DNA from: Nitrospirota bacterium
GTDB taxonomy: Bacteria; Nitrospirota; UBA9217
Assembly: GCA_963663225.1 (NCBI GenBank)
Contig: OY760142.1
Span: 1,632,001 to 1,696,000 of the forward strand
Direction: 5' to 3'
Length of the DNA: 64,000 nt
Part shown: positions 1 through 10,884 of the stretch, in pieces
Layout of the letters: every line of letters starts with the position of its first letter
Position numbering within the stretch: the stretch's first letter is position 1
Notes under the pieces: generated by a model
Database searches by the model: none
What the model was told of the DNA's origin: nothing
The model's input: the letters and a program-made list of their open reading frames with translations, nothing else
Made by a program: the position numbers and the translations under genes

Positions 1-312
1 GCGGGCGAAGAGACCAAAGCGGGCATTGCGGTCGAGGGCGTGTCCGCCCTGGTCCGGGAAGCCGCCCGGCTTCAACATATTTCTATCAAGGGGTTGATGG
101 CCATTCCGCCCTTTCTCGACGATCCGGAGGAAGTGCGGCCGTATTTCCGCGCACTGCGCGAAACGGCGAAGAGCATAGAAGCGGAGCAGATTCCCGGCGT
201 GTCCATGCGCGAGCTTTCCATGGGCATGAGCGGCGATTTTGAGACAGCCGTAGAAGAAGGCGCGACCATGGTGCGGGTCGGCACGGCGATATTCGGAGAG
301 AGGCGGTACTGA
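1..312 (+). CDS. yggS: YggS/PLPBP pyridoxal-phosphate homeostasis protein, 5' end outside the window
   Basis: Frame open from base 1 (AGEETKAG...), with GLMAIPP and LSMGMSGDFE..VEEGATMVRVGTAIFG motifs; directly upstream of proC. Confidence 0.93.
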   Translation, partial: AGEETKAGIAVEGVSALVREAARLQHISIKGLMAIPPFLDDPEEVRPYFRALRETAKSIEAEQIPGVSMRELSMGMSGDFETAVEEGATMVRVGTAIFGERRY

Positions 313-334
313 CCGCCGCGGAGGTGGAGGGAGC

Positions 335-1147
335 ATGCTAGAGAACAAAAAAATTGCCTTTCTCGGCGGCGGAAACATGGCCGAAGCGCTGATCAAGGGG
401 CTGCTAGCCTCGGGAGCTGCGAATCCGGAACAGATTTTTGCAGCGGACGTTTCTCAGAGCCGCCTGGAGTATCTGAAAAAGACCTATGGTATTGCCGCAA
501 AAACGGTCCCCGACGCAGCACGGGAGTGCGGCGTCATTATTCTGAGCGTTAAACCACAGGTTATTGAAGGCGTGCTGAAAGAAATCGCGCCTGCGATCGA
601 CGGGAAAAAACTGGTCATTACCATTGTGGCGGGGATCACGCTTGCCAGAGTCGAAAAAGCGTTCAAAAGCAGTGCGCACGTTGTCCGCGTGATGCCGAAC
701 ACGCCGGCGCTCGTACTCGCGGGTGCGGCCGCCATTGCGGGAGGAGCGCACGCCGCAGAAGACGACCTGACGCTGACCCGGTACATCTTCAATGCCGTCG
801 GCAGGTCGTTTCTTGTTGAAGAAAAAATGATGGATGCGGTTACCGGCATATCAGGGTGCGGTCCCGCGTATATGTTCGTGATTCTGGACGCGTTGTCCGA
901 CGCGGGAGTGAAGGCAGGGCTTCCGCGCCAACTCGCGCTTGAACTTGCCGCGCAAACCATGTACGGTGCGGCAAAAATGGTGATGGACACGAAGGAGCAT
1001 CCCGGCAAGCTGAGGGACATGGTCACGTCGCCCGGCGGAACCACGATCGAAGGCCTGCACGTGCTCGAACAGGGGAAGCTGCGCGCCACGCTCATGAATG
1101 CAGTGGAGGCGGCAACAGAGAGAAGCAAGGAACTGGGGAAACAGTAG
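335..1147 (+). CDS. proC: Pyrroline-5-carboxylate reductase
   Basis: GGGNMA Rossmann start, RVMPNTP, SGCGPAY and VTSPGGTT motifs. Confidence 0.97.
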   Translation: MLENKKIAFLGGGNMAEALIKGLLASGAANPEQIFAADVSQSRLEYLKKTYGIAAKTVPDAARECGVIILSVKPQVIEGVLKEIAPAIDGKKLVITIVAGITLARVEKAFKSSAHVVRVMPNTPALVLAGAAAIAGGAHAAEDDLTLTRYIFNAVGRSFLVEEKMMDAVTGISGCGPAYMFVILDALSDAGVKAGLPRQLALELAAQTMYGAAKMVMDTKEHPGKLRDMVTSPGGTTIEGLHVLEQGKLRATLMNAVEAATERSKELGKQ

Positions 1148-1229
1148 CGTCCGGAAAAAGGCGCGGCGTCTGATTGTACCGGACGCCACGTTCAACAAAT
1201 TTTTTATCATTCATGGCGGGGGAAAGAAT

Positions 1230-1520
1230 ATGGACAATATTGTTGCCGGAATAGCAAGAGTTCTGGACATCATTCTGGAAGTATATATGTGGGTCATCAT
1301 TATCCGCGCGCTCGTTTCCTGGGTGAATCCGGACCCCTACAACCCGATCGTGCAGTTTCTGGGACGGGTGACCGAGCCGGTGCTCAGGCCTTTGCGCAAA
1401 CTGGTGCCGCCTCATAAAGTGGGCCTCGATCTGTCTCCGCTGATCGCGATCCTCGTGATCATTTTCCTGCAGTACGCGCTGATAAAAAATCTCTATCGTC
1501 TTGCATATTCGCTTGGATAA
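1230..1520 (+). CDS. yggT: YggT family membrane protein
   Basis: SWVNPDPYNPIVQFLGRVTEPVLRP...LDLSP motif; start moved to ATG 1230 (MDNIVAG). Confidence 0.93.
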   Translation: MDNIVAGIARVLDIILEVYMWVIIIRALVSWVNPDPYNPIVQFLGRVTEPVLRPLRKLVPPHKVGLDLSPLIAILVIIFLQYALIKNLYRLAYSLG

Positions 1521-1557
1521 GCACGGCGTGCAACACCCCCGCTAAGGAGGAACAGGC

Positions 1558-2061
1558 ATGGACACCGCCATCAAGGTTACACCGATCGACATTCAGCAAA
1601 AAAGGTTCCACGTTGGCTTCCGCGGATATGAACGGTCGGAAGTGGAAACGTTTCTGGACCAGGTGCGGGACCAGGTGGAAGAGCTCGTCCGGGAAGTGAC
1701 GGAGCTTCGCGAATTCCGCCAGGCCTACGATGAGCGCCTGCAAGCTCTTGTCGAGCGTGAAGAAGCAGTCAAAAACACGATGCTGATGACGCAAAAGCTG
1801 ATTGAAGAGGTGAAGGAGAATTCGCGCAAAGAGGCCGCCCTGATCATCAAGGACGCCGAGGTCCGCAATCAGCAGATGCTTGCGGATTCCCAGAAGCAGA
1901 AAATAAAGCTTGAAGCGGAGATCCAGGAACTCAAACACAGACGGTTCCATTTCCTGCAGGACGTCAAAAAAGTCATCCAGATGCATCTGGAGATGGTGAA
2001 TTACGAGGCGGGAACGGATGAACTCAAGGAAGAGCCGGCCAAACAACCAGCCGCCGGATGA
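1558..2061 (+). CDS. divIVA: DivIVA domain protein
   Basis: N-terminal TPIDIQQKRF..GFRGY...EVETFLD followed by coiled coil; AAGGAGG RBS. Confidence 0.92.
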   Translation: MDTAIKVTPIDIQQKRFHVGFRGYERSEVETFLDQVRDQVEELVREVTELREFRQAYDERLQALVEREEAVKNTMLMTQKLIEEVKENSRKEAALIIKDAEVRNQQMLADSQKQKIKLEAEIQELKHRRFHFLQDVKKVIQMHLEMVNYEAGTDELKEEPAKQPAAG

Positions 2062-2332
2062 TGTCGCCACGCTTTCCCTGCGCATCCAGCCGCGCTCCTC
2101 GAAAAACCAGATCGTCCTGATGGAAAACGGCGGATACAAGGTAAAGCTCACCGCTCCGCCGGTAGACGGTGCCGCGAACGATGCGCTTATCCGATTGCTT
2201 GCCGACACCTTCTCTCTGGCCAAGTCCCGGATCGAAATCGTGTCCGGCCATATCTCAAGGGACAAAATCGTACGGATTTCTGGAATCTGCCAGGCCGACG
2301 TGAAAAGGATCTTGAATACAAAAGACGAGTGA
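2018..2332 (+). CDS. DUF167/YggU family protein
   Basis: IQPRSS..., TAPPVDGAANDAL, SGHISRDK motifs; usual position after divIVA; start uncertain. Confidence 0.88.
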   Translation: MNSRKSRPNNQPPDDVATLSLRIQPRSSKNQIVLMENGGYKVKLTAPPVDGAANDALIRLLADTFSLAKSRIEIVSGHISRDKIVRISGICQADVKRILNTKDE

Positions 2333-2340
2333 GTTATTAT
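2312..2340 (+). promoter_or_regulatory. Putative sigma70 promoter for tmRNA
   Basis: TTGAAT-N17-TATTAT ending 34 nt before the tmRNA 5' end. Confidence 0.55.
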
Positions 2341-2373
2341 ATTACAATAATTCTCTTCATCATCTTATCAGAA

Positions 2374-2725
2374 GGGGGCGACAGGCTTCGACGGGGACAC
2401 AGAGACCGGGAGTTGCATGCCGAGGTGCCATGGGGCTCGTAAAACACATGGCAAACAACAACTGCCAATAATCAAGAACTGGCACTCGCTGCCTAATTAG
2501 GTAGCGCGTTCCGCGGCCGGCGCCTGAACTGCCGCAGGGACGTCAAAAACCAGGCTGGTCTTCCCGACACCGTCCGGGGCGGGAAGATGAGACAAACCGG
2601 GCTGGCTGATTCCGGAGCTTTCCCCAAGGCGCCGGATGAGGCGAGACTTAAACGCGGGGATAAGCATGTATGAGCTTTCGGTTGACGGTTTTCGGACGTG
2701 GGTTCGAATCCCACCGCCTCCACCA
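2374..2725 (+). ncRNA. ssrA: tmRNA; tag reading frame ANNQELALAA* at 2464-2496
   Basis: 5' GGGGGCGA...GGCTTCGAC, 3' GTGGGTTCGAATCCCACCGCCTCCACCA T-arm/acceptor, internal tag ending LAA-stop. Confidence 0.97.
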
Positions 2726-2766
2726 ATTAATATATCAATTATAATTACTCATGTAATATTTTTTTG

Positions 2767-2796
2767 AAGCTGATTCCAAACGGGGTCAGCTTTTTT
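2767..2796 (+). terminator. Intrinsic terminator after tmRNA
   Basis: AAGCTGATTCC-aaac-GGGGTCAGCTT stem (with G-U pairs) followed by a T run. Confidence 0.75.
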
Positions 2797-2968
2797 GTTG
2801 GAAATGAAATTGTGAGAGAGGATAATCTTCAGCAGGCGATCGGGAGGCGGTATTGAGGACATCAGTGCCGTTCATGGCCGTGATGTGGAAGGGAAGCCCA
2901 ATGGTGAGTATTGAAAGACGGACACCTTGGGCCTCCCTTTTGGAGTGATTCGACAATTCTGTCGTATC

Positions 2969-3991
2969 TCAGGCCTTGCCAGCGAGGCGTCTCGCCTCCT
3001 CGATGACTACGTCTTCCTGTGTAGCCACGACCTTGCGCTCCCCCAGACGAAGCACAAGTTTCCGCGGGTCGCACCCGTATTCCTGGGCGGCACGTTTTAT
3101 GGGCAGGACATACCCGCCGTAAACGCATGCATAGCCCATCATGATCGAATCGTTGTCGACAGTAGGCATGGGCACCTTCGCCAAATTGGGATATTTGTTC
3201 AATTCCGCTACAAGAGTTGCTGCGGCGTCCAAAATGCCGAAGAGGTCGACTTCCGTGGGAAATCCCCCCCTCTTGAGCGCGGCCACCAGCGTTTCGGTTT
3301 GGGCATTGCCGGCCCCGCCGCCGAATCCCTTCAGACTTCCATCCACATAGGCAGCCCCTGCCTCGACCGCCGCAAGCGAATTGCCGATCGCCAACCCCAG
3401 GTTATTGTGGGCATGGAATCCCACCGGTATTTTTACCGCCTGGCGTACCGCCGCGATGTATGCCTTGACCTGGTGGGGCACCAAATACCCTTGAGAGTCC
3501 GCCAAGTTGATATACTGTGCGCCGTAAGACTCCATCTTCCTCGCTTCCTCGGCGATACGTTCCGGAGAAGCCATGCCGAACGAGATCAGATAACCGACTG
3601 CGAGCATATTCAATTTTCTGGCGAGCTGGATGTGCTGTTCAGTTATGTCCGCCTCCGTGCAGTGGCACGCGACCCTTGCCACCGTGACGCCCAAATCATG
3701 GGCCTGTTGCAGGTCATCCATCGTTCCGAAACCGGGTATCAAGAATATTGCTACCTTCGCTTTCTTTACCGAGGAGACCACGGACTTGAGCAACTCCGCG
3801 TCGGGGGCGGCTGTCCTCCCAACGTGGATGGAACTTCCTCCCGATCCATCGCCGTGACCGACTTCGATCATGTCCACACCGGCGGCTTCGAGAGCCGTCG
3901 CCAGCTTGGACATCAACACGGGCGAGAACTGCTGACGGACGGTATGATTGCCATCGCGAAGCGTAACATCTACAACAGTAAGCTTATCCAT
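2969..3991 (-). CDS. dmpG: 4-hydroxy-2-oxovalerate aldolase (DmpG/MhpE family)
   Basis: DVTLRDGNH, IEVGHGDG, HCTEAD, GFHAHNNLGLA and C-terminal V..QED motifs. Confidence 0.92.
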   Translation of the reverse strand: MDKLTVVDVTLRDGNHTVRQQFSPVLMSKLATALEAAGVDMIEVGHGDGSGGSSIHVGRTAAPDAELLKSVVSSVKKAKVAIFLIPGFGTMDDLQQAHDLGVTVARVACHCTEADITEQHIQLARKLNMLAVGYLISFGMASPERIAEEARKMESYGAQYINLADSQGYLVPHQVKAYIAAVRQAVKIPVGFHAHNNLGLAIGNSLAAVEAGAAYVDGSLKGFGGGAGNAQTETLVAALKRGGFPTEVDLFGILDAAATLVAELNKYPNLAKVPMPTVDNDSIMMGYACVYGGYVLPIKRAAQEYGCDPRKLVLRLGERKVVATQEDVVIEEARRLAGKA

Positions 3992-4874
3992 TGTTTGTCT
4001 TCCTTTCCGTCAAGAGACTCTCCGCGTAGCGCTCAGCAACGTTAACAGCCGCAGCGGTAATGATATCGAGGTTTCCGGCATACGGGGCCAGATAGTCGCC
4101 CGCGCCGGTCACTTCGATGCAGGTCGTGAAATGATCGCCGTCCAGGAAAGGCTCGACCGTAATCTTGTATCCGGGAACATACGATTTGATCTTCTCAGCC
4201 ATGGCCATAACCGAGTCATGGATGTTCTTCTCGTCCGCCGGAAGATCAACCGTGACATAGACCGTGTTGCGCATGATGATGGGCGGATCAGCGGGATTGA
4301 GCACGATGATGCTTTTCGATTTTTTCGCACCGCCGATGTCGTGAACGCTCCTGGCCGTGGTGCGCGTAAACTCATCGATATTATGTCTGGTGCCTGGACC
4401 GGCGCTAAGGCTTGCGATAGTGGATACGGTTTCCGCATAGTGGACAGGGCTGACCTGGTTGATGGCAGCCACGATCGGCACTGTCGCTTGTGCACCGCAC
4501 GAAACGAGATTGACATTGGGCTTCGTTGAATGCTCTTGGAGATTCACGACAGGGATGACACCCGGACCTACGGCGGCTGGAGTCAAATCAACGGCGATAA
4601 TGCCCGCTGCCTTAAGGCGTGGTGCATGTGCGAGGTGAGACCGCGCCGAAGTCGCGTCGAACACCAATTTGATTTTCCCATTATTGTGGAGGATGCCCTC
4701 GATCCCGTCCACGCAGGTTTCATAACCAAACTTGCATGCACGCGCCAAGCCCTCCGAGGCGGGATCTATGCCCGCGACCATCTTCAGTTCGAGTAGCGCG
4801 CTTCGGCGTAACTTGTACATAAGGTCCGTACCGATATTTCCTGACCCCAGGACTGCAACAGGCAATTTTGCCAT
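3984..4874 (-). CDS. dmpF: Acetaldehyde dehydrogenase, CoA-acylating (DmpF/MhpF family)
   Basis: GSGNIGTDL, DLTPAA, NVNLVSCGAQAT (catalytic Cys), SAGPGTR.NIDEF, YAGNLDI; overlaps the dmpG start. Confidence 0.94.
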   Translation of the reverse strand: MAKLPVAVLGSGNIGTDLMYKLRRSALLELKMVAGIDPASEGLARACKFGYETCVDGIEGILHNNGKIKLVFDATSARSHLAHAPRLKAAGIIAVDLTPAAVGPGVIPVVNLQEHSTKPNVNLVSCGAQATVPIVAAINQVSPVHYAETVSTIASLSAGPGTRHNIDEFTRTTARSVHDIGGAKKSKSIIVLNPADPPIIMRNTVYVTVDLPADEKNIHDSVMAMAEKIKSYVPGYKITVEPFLDGDHFTTCIEVTGAGDYLAPYAGNLDIITAAAVNVAERYAESLLTERKTNNG

Positions 4875-5090
4875 ACAATTCCTCCCTTGTGCTATGTTAT
4901 GTCATCAAGCAGCGGCGAGAGCTTCGCGACACAAACACCCTTCGCTTTCGAATCATGTTTCTTTTGCATATGAAACCTATCGGTCAAGATTGAGATCGCT
5001 GGACGGTGGCCCATCCGGCGTGCGTCGCGCGATTTTTAAACCGATCAGGCACATTCACAATGATCAACGGTGCCACTATAATAAAACGAT

Positions 5091-6023
5091 TCAATCTCCC
5101 TCTGCGCATTTAGCCGCAACATAGTCTTTAAGCGATCGGACCTTTTCGTCACTGAGCTTTGCTTCTGCCATGCAATAATCCCGGCCAAGGAACTCGTACT
5201 TGGATTTGCCGATCCGGTGATACGGCAGGAGTTCGCAACTCACCTTCTTCATTCCTTTGATGAAGGAGAGAATTTCGCCGATTTCCTCTTCTGAATCGTT
5301 GAGGCCGGGAATCAGCGGTATTCTGGCGAGTATGTGAAGCTGGGGAAACGCAGCTCTCAGTTTCCTGAAATTTTTGAGAATCAGTTCATTCGAAACACCG
5401 GTAAAGTTCTTGTGCTTGGTGTCGTTCATGGTCTTGATATCAAAAAGAATAAAGTTAAGGTGGCGGCCGACTTCTTCAAGAACGCCCCAGTCCGCGAATC
5501 CGCATGTTTCAATCGTACAGTCAATATGCCGACGCCGTGCCTCACGAAGAAGCGCCAGGGTGAATTCCGGCTGCATCAGCGGCTCACCTCCGCTGATCGT
5601 CAGGCCCCCGCCGGAACGGGCATAAAAGGCGCTGTCCGCCTCCACGATCTTGAGCACCTCAGGAACCGACATGTGCGTACCAAAGATGTGCAGTGCCTGT
5701 GATGGGCAGATGTTCACGCAGGCAAAGCAGCTGCTGCAGATCTCGCGGTTAATCGTGATCGTTCCATTTTTTGAAAGCCCGATTGCTTTCTCGCCGCACA
5801 CCTCATTGCACATGAAGCATTCCTGGGCACCGATGCACTTATTGGGATTGTATGCGAGTTCAGGCGACAGGCGCTGTGATTCGGGATTGCAGCACCATTC
5901 ACAGCGAAGCGGACAGCCCTTCAAAAACACGATGGTACGTATACCGGGTCCGTCGTGCAATGAATAATGCTGTATATTGAATACGCAACCCTTTATTATG
6001 CTGTCGGGCTGGGTCAATGCCAT
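5091..6023 (-). CDS. Glycyl-radical enzyme activating enzyme (IslB-like) with ferredoxin insert
   Basis: HDGPGIRTIVFLKGCPLRCEWCCNPE radical SAM motif plus two Cys-rich ferredoxin motifs; GGGAGG RBS before ATG 6023. Confidence 0.93.
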   Translation of the reverse strand: MALTQPDSIIKGCVFNIQHYSLHDGPGIRTIVFLKGCPLRCEWCCNPESQRLSPELAYNPNKCIGAQECFMCNEVCGEKAIGLSKNGTITINREICSSCFACVNICPSQALHIFGTHMSVPEVLKIVEADSAFYARSGGGLTISGGEPLMQPEFTLALLREARRRHIDCTIETCGFADWGVLEEVGRHLNFILFDIKTMNDTKHKNFTGVSNELILKNFRKLRAAFPQLHILARIPLIPGLNDSEEEIGEILSFIKGMKKVSCELLPYHRIGKSKYEFLGRDYCMAEAKLSDEKVRSLKDYVAAKCAEGD

Positions 6024-6097
6024 CCGCATCCTCCCGTGCTGCAAGCCCTGCAGCCGCTGATGACGGCAGCAGGGTAATGTGAAGTTGAACATGAAGA

Positions 6098-8581
6098 TTA
6101 GATTATCGTATGTTCCGTCCTGGCGATCAGGTCGTCCTGAAGGTCCGGAGACAGGTCGGTAAAGTAAGCGCTGTAGCCGGCGATGCGGACGATCAGACTG
6201 CGGTACTTGTCAGGATCTTTTCTGGCAGCCAGCAGGGTCGCCTTGTTAATGACGTTGAACTGGACGTGCCAGAGTTTCAGATCGCACCAGGTCCTGATGA
6301 AAGCAACCAGTTTGCGCGTTCCCTCATCACCGGCCATGATTGAAGGTGTGAATTTAATATTGAGCAGGCGGGCAGCACGCTCCCGGTAATCGTAGTTTTT
6401 CGAATGGTAGTTTGAAAGCAGCACGGCAGTGGGCCCCTTCGCGTCGAATCCCTGGGAGGCCGACGATCCGTCTGACAGCGGTGTATACGCTTTCCGACCG
6501 CAGGGGGACGCGCTCACGACTTTGCCGAAGGGAACATGCGATGTGAAGGGGACATAACGCAGATCGAGGTGAATGCCGAGCTCTTTGGAATATTTCTTTG
6601 TATACTCAAGACAGACCCTGTCCAGGTCCTTTGCGATCGCATCAGCATATTCATTGTTGTTCCCGTACTTGGGCGCATTGGAGAGCATCCGGCGCACGGC
6701 CTCTTTCCCCTCGAAATTCGCCTTCATCGCCTCGATCAGTTCGTTCATCGTGAGCCGTTTGTCTTCAAAGACGAGTTTTTTGATCGCCGCGAGCGAATCG
6801 ACGACCGTTCCATATCCCATAAACTCGAAGTACCCGAGATCAATGCCGCCCGGAATATGAGGGTTGTGCAGATCCATGCACTCTCTCATGCAGATATCGT
6901 GCAGTGCGCTGCCTGTCGGCCACGCGAAGTGTTTGGCGCGCAGATTGTTAATGACGTGCTGCTGAATGAATGCGTGGCGGAGGAAATTCATGTGCTGCGC
7001 AAGATATGCGTTCCAGAACTCGTTCCACGACGGGAAGGCGGCCGGATCGCCCGTCGAGAGGCCGATTTGTTCATCGCCGTGCAGCAGCATTTTGCCGTTG
7101 TACATGGTCATTTCCAGGGCTGCGGCAAAATTGATGTACGCGCAGGGGCTCGTGTAGGTGTCAAGGTTCGGCATGCGGCATTCCGAGCAGCCTGAAACGG
7201 CATAGTCGTACGCATGGTCGAACGGCGCGCCCTTTGCGAGCAGCAGCGGTATGACCTCTTCATCATTGATGAGCTTGGGGAATCCTGATCCTTCCTTGAT
7301 CGTTTCGGCGACCTCATGCAGGAACCGTTCCGGCGCCCGCGTATGGATCCTTGCCGCCAGATCGGGATAGTGCAGTGGAAATTCGCGCTTGGATTTAAGG
7401 AAGAGATAGGACAGATCATTGGTCGCATCGCGCCCGTCACGGGTCTGTCCTCCGATGGTCACAGCCTCCCAGTGAGCATACCCTTCATTAAAGGCGCCGC
7501 CGGTCGGAGAAATATAGAGGTCGATGAACTGGGCCATGCCTACCCACATGCACTCAAGGAGCTCGAGCGTCTCAAGCTCAGTCAGCGTTCCTTCCTCCCT
7601 GTCTTTGCTGAAGTACGGATACAGATACTGGTCCATGCGGCCGTTGGAGATAATGGTCCCGGTTTTCTGCTCCATACGGGAGAATATCTGGGCAAACCAT
7701 TGAGACTGCATCGCTTCCCTGAACGTGCGCGCAGGGTGCTCCGGCACCCATTGGCATCGCGCAGCGATCTCAACGAGCTCCTTTTTTCGGATTGGATCGG
7801 TTTCGTTCTCCGCGAGCTTTGACGCAAGCAGCGCATGGCGCCTTGCCCAATGAATGATCGCATCGCAGGTAATGACGATCGCCTGGAGGTACGGCATTTT
7901 TTCCATGTTGTCCACGGGACTCATCGGATCGAGTGAGTCCAGCCGCCTCTGGGCGTCTTCCCTGATGCCGCCAAACCCGTGTGTGAGCACCTTCGCGTAA
8001 TCATGCACCCACTGGATGGAAGATCTGAACGAAGCGGTTTCATTGACGATGAAGCGCGACTTGAGGGGGTCGGCCGGATCGTAGGTGAGCTTCAGGGTTT
8101 CTTTTGGCAGTGACTTCGTCAGGTTCTCATGGAAGGTCTTCCCTTTCCAGTAGGGAGCGATATCCTCGACCACCGCTCGTGCATCCGCGGCGGAAATTTC
8201 AAAGGGAGACTCTACCCTGCTCGGCAGCTGTACAATCGCGAGGTCGAGAAAATCCCCGTCAAGTTCGGGATAGAGAATTCCATAACGTCCTTGGCAGCCC
8301 GCGCGGCCGGCAAGCAGCTGTTTTTCGTCTATGTACACGGTGATGTTTTCGGCTATGTGTTTCATGGCCTTGGCCCACCTGAGAATAAGTGGCTGGCCTT
8401 CGGTTTCCTTCATCGATTCCGTGAAATACTTTGCGCGTTCGATATCAATACGGGGCTTCACGGTCTGAATACTCTTCAGTATCTGGTACGCCCTCGGACG
8501 GCCGTGAAAGTTCTCTTTTCCCAGTCGTTCTTCTTGAATGCGCTGTTCTTGTGGTGAAAGTACTGTACAACAGTCTGTCAT
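6098..8581 (-). CDS. islA: Glycyl radical enzyme of the isethionate sulfite-lyase (IslA/IseG) clade of C-S lyases
   Basis: RIAGYS glycyl loop, SGCSEC Cys loop, and [59 protein letters not shown] segments that match IslA as recalled; sulfonate ABC and TauE nearby. Exact substrate not established. Confidence 0.85.
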   Translation of the reverse strand: MTDCCTVLSPQEQRIQEERLGKENFHGRPRAYQILKSIQTVKPRIDIERAKYFTESMKETEGQPLILRWAKAMKHIAENITVYIDEKQLLAGRAGCQGRYGILYPELDGDFLDLAIVQLPSRVESPFEISAADARAVVEDIAPYWKGKTFHENLTKSLPKETLKLTYDPADPLKSRFIVNETASFRSSIQWVHDYAKVLTHGFGGIREDAQRRLDSLDPMSPVDNMEKMPYLQAIVITCDAIIHWARRHALLASKLAENETDPIRKKELVEIAARCQWVPEHPARTFREAMQSQWFAQIFSRMEQKTGTIISNGRMDQYLYPYFSKDREEGTLTELETLELLECMWVGMAQFIDLYISPTGGAFNEGYAHWEAVTIGGQTRDGRDATNDLSYLFLKSKREFPLHYPDLAARIHTRAPERFLHEVAETIKEGSGFPKLINDEEVIPLLLAKGAPFDHAYDYAVSGCSECRMPNLDTYTSPCAYINFAAALEMTMYNGKMLLHGDEQIGLSTGDPAAFPSWNEFWNAYLAQHMNFLRHAFIQQHVINNLRAKHFAWPTGSALHDICMRECMDLHNPHIPGGIDLGYFEFMGYGTVVDSLAAIKKLVFEDKRLTMNELIEAMKANFEGKEAVRRMLSNAPKYGNNNEYADAIAKDLDRVCLEYTKKYSKELGIHLDLRYVPFTSHVPFGKVVSASPCGRKAYTPLSDGSSASQGFDAKGPTAVLLSNYHSKNYDYRERAARLLNIKFTPSIMAGDEGTRKLVAFIRTWCDLKLWHVQFNVINKATLLAARKDPDKYRSLIVRIAGYSAYFTDLSPDLQDDLIARTEHTII

Positions 8582-8660
8582 GGTATTTTTACCCCCTTCT
8601 AGGCTTTCTTTTCCAAGCCTCCGCTATCTGAGCATGACTACTTCTCATTGTGTATATTAA

Positions 8661-8678
8661 AAGCAAGAGTCATGCCTG
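8661..8678 (-). promoter_or_regulatory. Sigma54 -24/-12 promoter for the GRE operon
   Basis: Minus strand CAGGCATGACTCTTGCTT = GG-N10-GC, 80 nt upstream of the GRE start. Confidence 0.8.
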
Positions 8679-8945
8679 AATTGAGATAAGTATGTCTCTG
8701 TGTGCGGGATTCTATTCCTGCGTCCGGATGAACAGGTGTTGGTGACGTAGTGATTGAACATTACTAAAATAGTAAGCAGCGCTATGACGCACCTGACGCG
8801 CAGGAGCCATCCCGCTAAAATATCCGGTAAATTCTCTTATTTTCTGGAGGATTGCTGAGCAATGATAGAGGATAATTGCAGAGGAATGGCGTTGACTTTA
8901 GGAATGCCACTCTTTCGAGAGATGGGAGGTAAAAAAACGATAACG

Positions 8946-10385
8946 CTATACGATCTCGCGGCCGTTTATCTTTGGTCGCACGAGGCTGTATTTCTTCAAT
9001 TTTTCATACAATGTAGCCCTCGATATGTCAAGAGCGCGGGCTGAACGAACCATGTTCCATTCCTCGCGGTTCAGCGTATCAAGAATCAGCTGGCGCTCAT
9101 TCAAATGGCGCATCGCAGAGAGAGGGTTATGTCCTGAACACGGCAGTTCCGGTTCCGCTGTGGCAATACTTACGATCTCGGACGGCAGATCTTTTATCTC
9201 GATGGTGTTGCCGAGGCAAAAACTTGCGGCGCGTTCTATGACATTTCTCAGTTCGCGGACATTCCCGGGCCAGTTATATCGCATGAGAATATCCATCGCG
9301 TCACTCGAAAAATTCAGATTGCCATTGAGCCGGTCAAGCATACTTCGGGCTATAATGGGGATGTCTTCGCGCCGCTCGCAGAGCGACGGTATCGTCACGG
9401 CCATTGCACTTAATCTGTAATAGAGATCTTCCCGAAATTTTCCTTCACGGATCATGGCCTTCAGATTGCGGTTTGTGGCGACCACGAGCCTGAAATCCAC
9501 TCTCACCGGGTGGGTGGAGCCGAGGCGAGATATCATTTTGTCTTCGAGTATTCTGAGCAGTTTCACCTGCGCAGAAAGCGGCATCTCTCCAACCTCGTCC
9601 AGAAAGAGCGTCCCTTTGTTGGCAAGCTCTATCTTGCCCATTTTCCCTTCTTTTCTTGCGCCGGTAAAGGCGCCGGTCGAATACCCGAAGAGTTCTGATT
9701 CAAACAGTTCATGAGGGATGGCACCGCAGTTGATGCAGACAAACGGGCCATCAGCGCGCGTGCTTGCGACATGGAGTGCATTGGCAAAGAGCTCTTTTCC
9801 GACGCCGGTAACGCCCTGAATCAGAATAGGAGGGTCGGTGCGAGCATACATCGCAATCAGCTCTTTCGCGCGTGTAATTGCCGCACTTTTTCCCAGGATG
9901 TCATCAAGCGAGTATCGTGCGGACAGAACGCTCTTGATCTGTTCCTTAAATAACTTTACTGTTCGTCCCAACTGCTCGATCTTTGCCGCTGTTGCCTTGA
10001 GTTCACTGGGATCACTAAAGAGCGCCTGCGAGATCATGCCGCATGCCACACCTTGATTTGTCATGACGGGAATCCTGTTGACGATGAGTGTTTTGCCATG
10101 ACCGTCTGTGCTGAGAGGACCGAGATCTCCAAGCTCCGCTTTGCCCGACTGTATGACGATTGGCGCCCTCGTCAAAGGTATAAAATCCTTCACAGGCCTT
10201 CCTATGGCGTCCTCGGGCGTAACGCCGAGATATTCAGCGTACGCTTTATTGATAAATCGTATTATGCAATTGGTGTCACAGAAATAGATTCCAGTCGGCA
10301 GCGCATTGAAGATCGTATAGAGCATCTCCGGTGGAAAGCATACTAATTCGTCACGTTCTGTCACTGATTGCCTCCGTTTTCCCAT
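8946..10385 (-). CDS. PAS-domain sigma54-dependent transcriptional activator (bEBP)
   Basis: N-terminal PAS, GVTGVGKE Walker A, ESELFGY..GAFTGA, WPGNVREL, C-terminal Fis-type HTH. Confidence 0.95.
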   Translation of the reverse strand: MGKRRQSVTERDELVCFPPEMLYTIFNALPTGIYFCDTNCIIRFINKAYAEYLGVTPEDAIGRPVKDFIPLTRAPIVIQSGKAELGDLGPLSTDGHGKTLIVNRIPVMTNQGVACGMISQALFSDPSELKATAAKIEQLGRTVKLFKEQIKSVLSARYSLDDILGKSAAITRAKELIAMYARTDPPILIQGVTGVGKELFANALHVASTRADGPFVCINCGAIPHELFESELFGYSTGAFTGARKEGKMGKIELANKGTLFLDEVGEMPLSAQVKLLRILEDKMISRLGSTHPVRVDFRLVVATNRNLKAMIREGKFREDLYYRLSAMAVTIPSLCERREDIPIIARSMLDRLNGNLNFSSDAMDILMRYNWPGNVRELRNVIERAASFCLGNTIEIKDLPSEIVSIATAEPELPCSGHNPLSAMRHLNERQLILDTLNREEWNMVRSARALDISRATLYEKLKKYSLVRPKINGREIV

Positions 10386-10456
10386 ATGTATTAATGGATA
10401 TGGATGCGTTCTGCGCAGAATTCTTAATCAAACCATTATACAATATTTCGAAAAAA

Positions 10457-10492
10457 TGTCCAGATGCCCTGACATGTCAAGAAATCCATACA
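10457..10492. promoter_or_regulatory. Candidate tandem bEBP binding sites
   Basis: TGTC-N10-GACA immediately followed by TGTC-N10-TACA in the divergent intergenic region. Confidence 0.45.
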
Positions 10493-10884
10493 GACATTCA
10501 GGACAATTAATTATTTGTTTTGGTACGTACTTGCCTACTATCTAAGCTTAAGAAGCCGCGACTATTCTTATCTTCAATGTTCCAAGATGGCGTGATGTAA
10601 GGTGTTTTTTGCGTACAACTAAATGTAGATATACGAAACTTGTAATTTTATTCATAGGTATTTGACGGATTAAGTTCTTGATCGCTGATTCCCTCTATTC
10701 CGGATATCTGTCTTGCTTTTTGTAAAATATGTACGGTTATGTCTGACTATGCAAAACGTTCACCATATTGCCAAAATGTTAAGGCCCGGTGTTCTCTTTA
10801 TTTATTATATTGAAATTAAAAGATTTATAGTCTCTCTGACCGTAATGGAAGGTCATGGCATCTCGAGACGAATCCATGATATTA

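Noticed and set aside
2493-2726. 77-aa minus-strand ORF (MVEAVGFEPTS...)
   Set aside because: Antisense reading of the tmRNA 3' end, a common false ORF
2927-4045. 372-aa plus-strand ORF
   Set aside because: Shadow frame opposite dmpG with no recognisable motifs
6046-6074. Hairpin between the GRE and activase genes
   Set aside because: No U tract; at most an mRNA stability element, common in such operons
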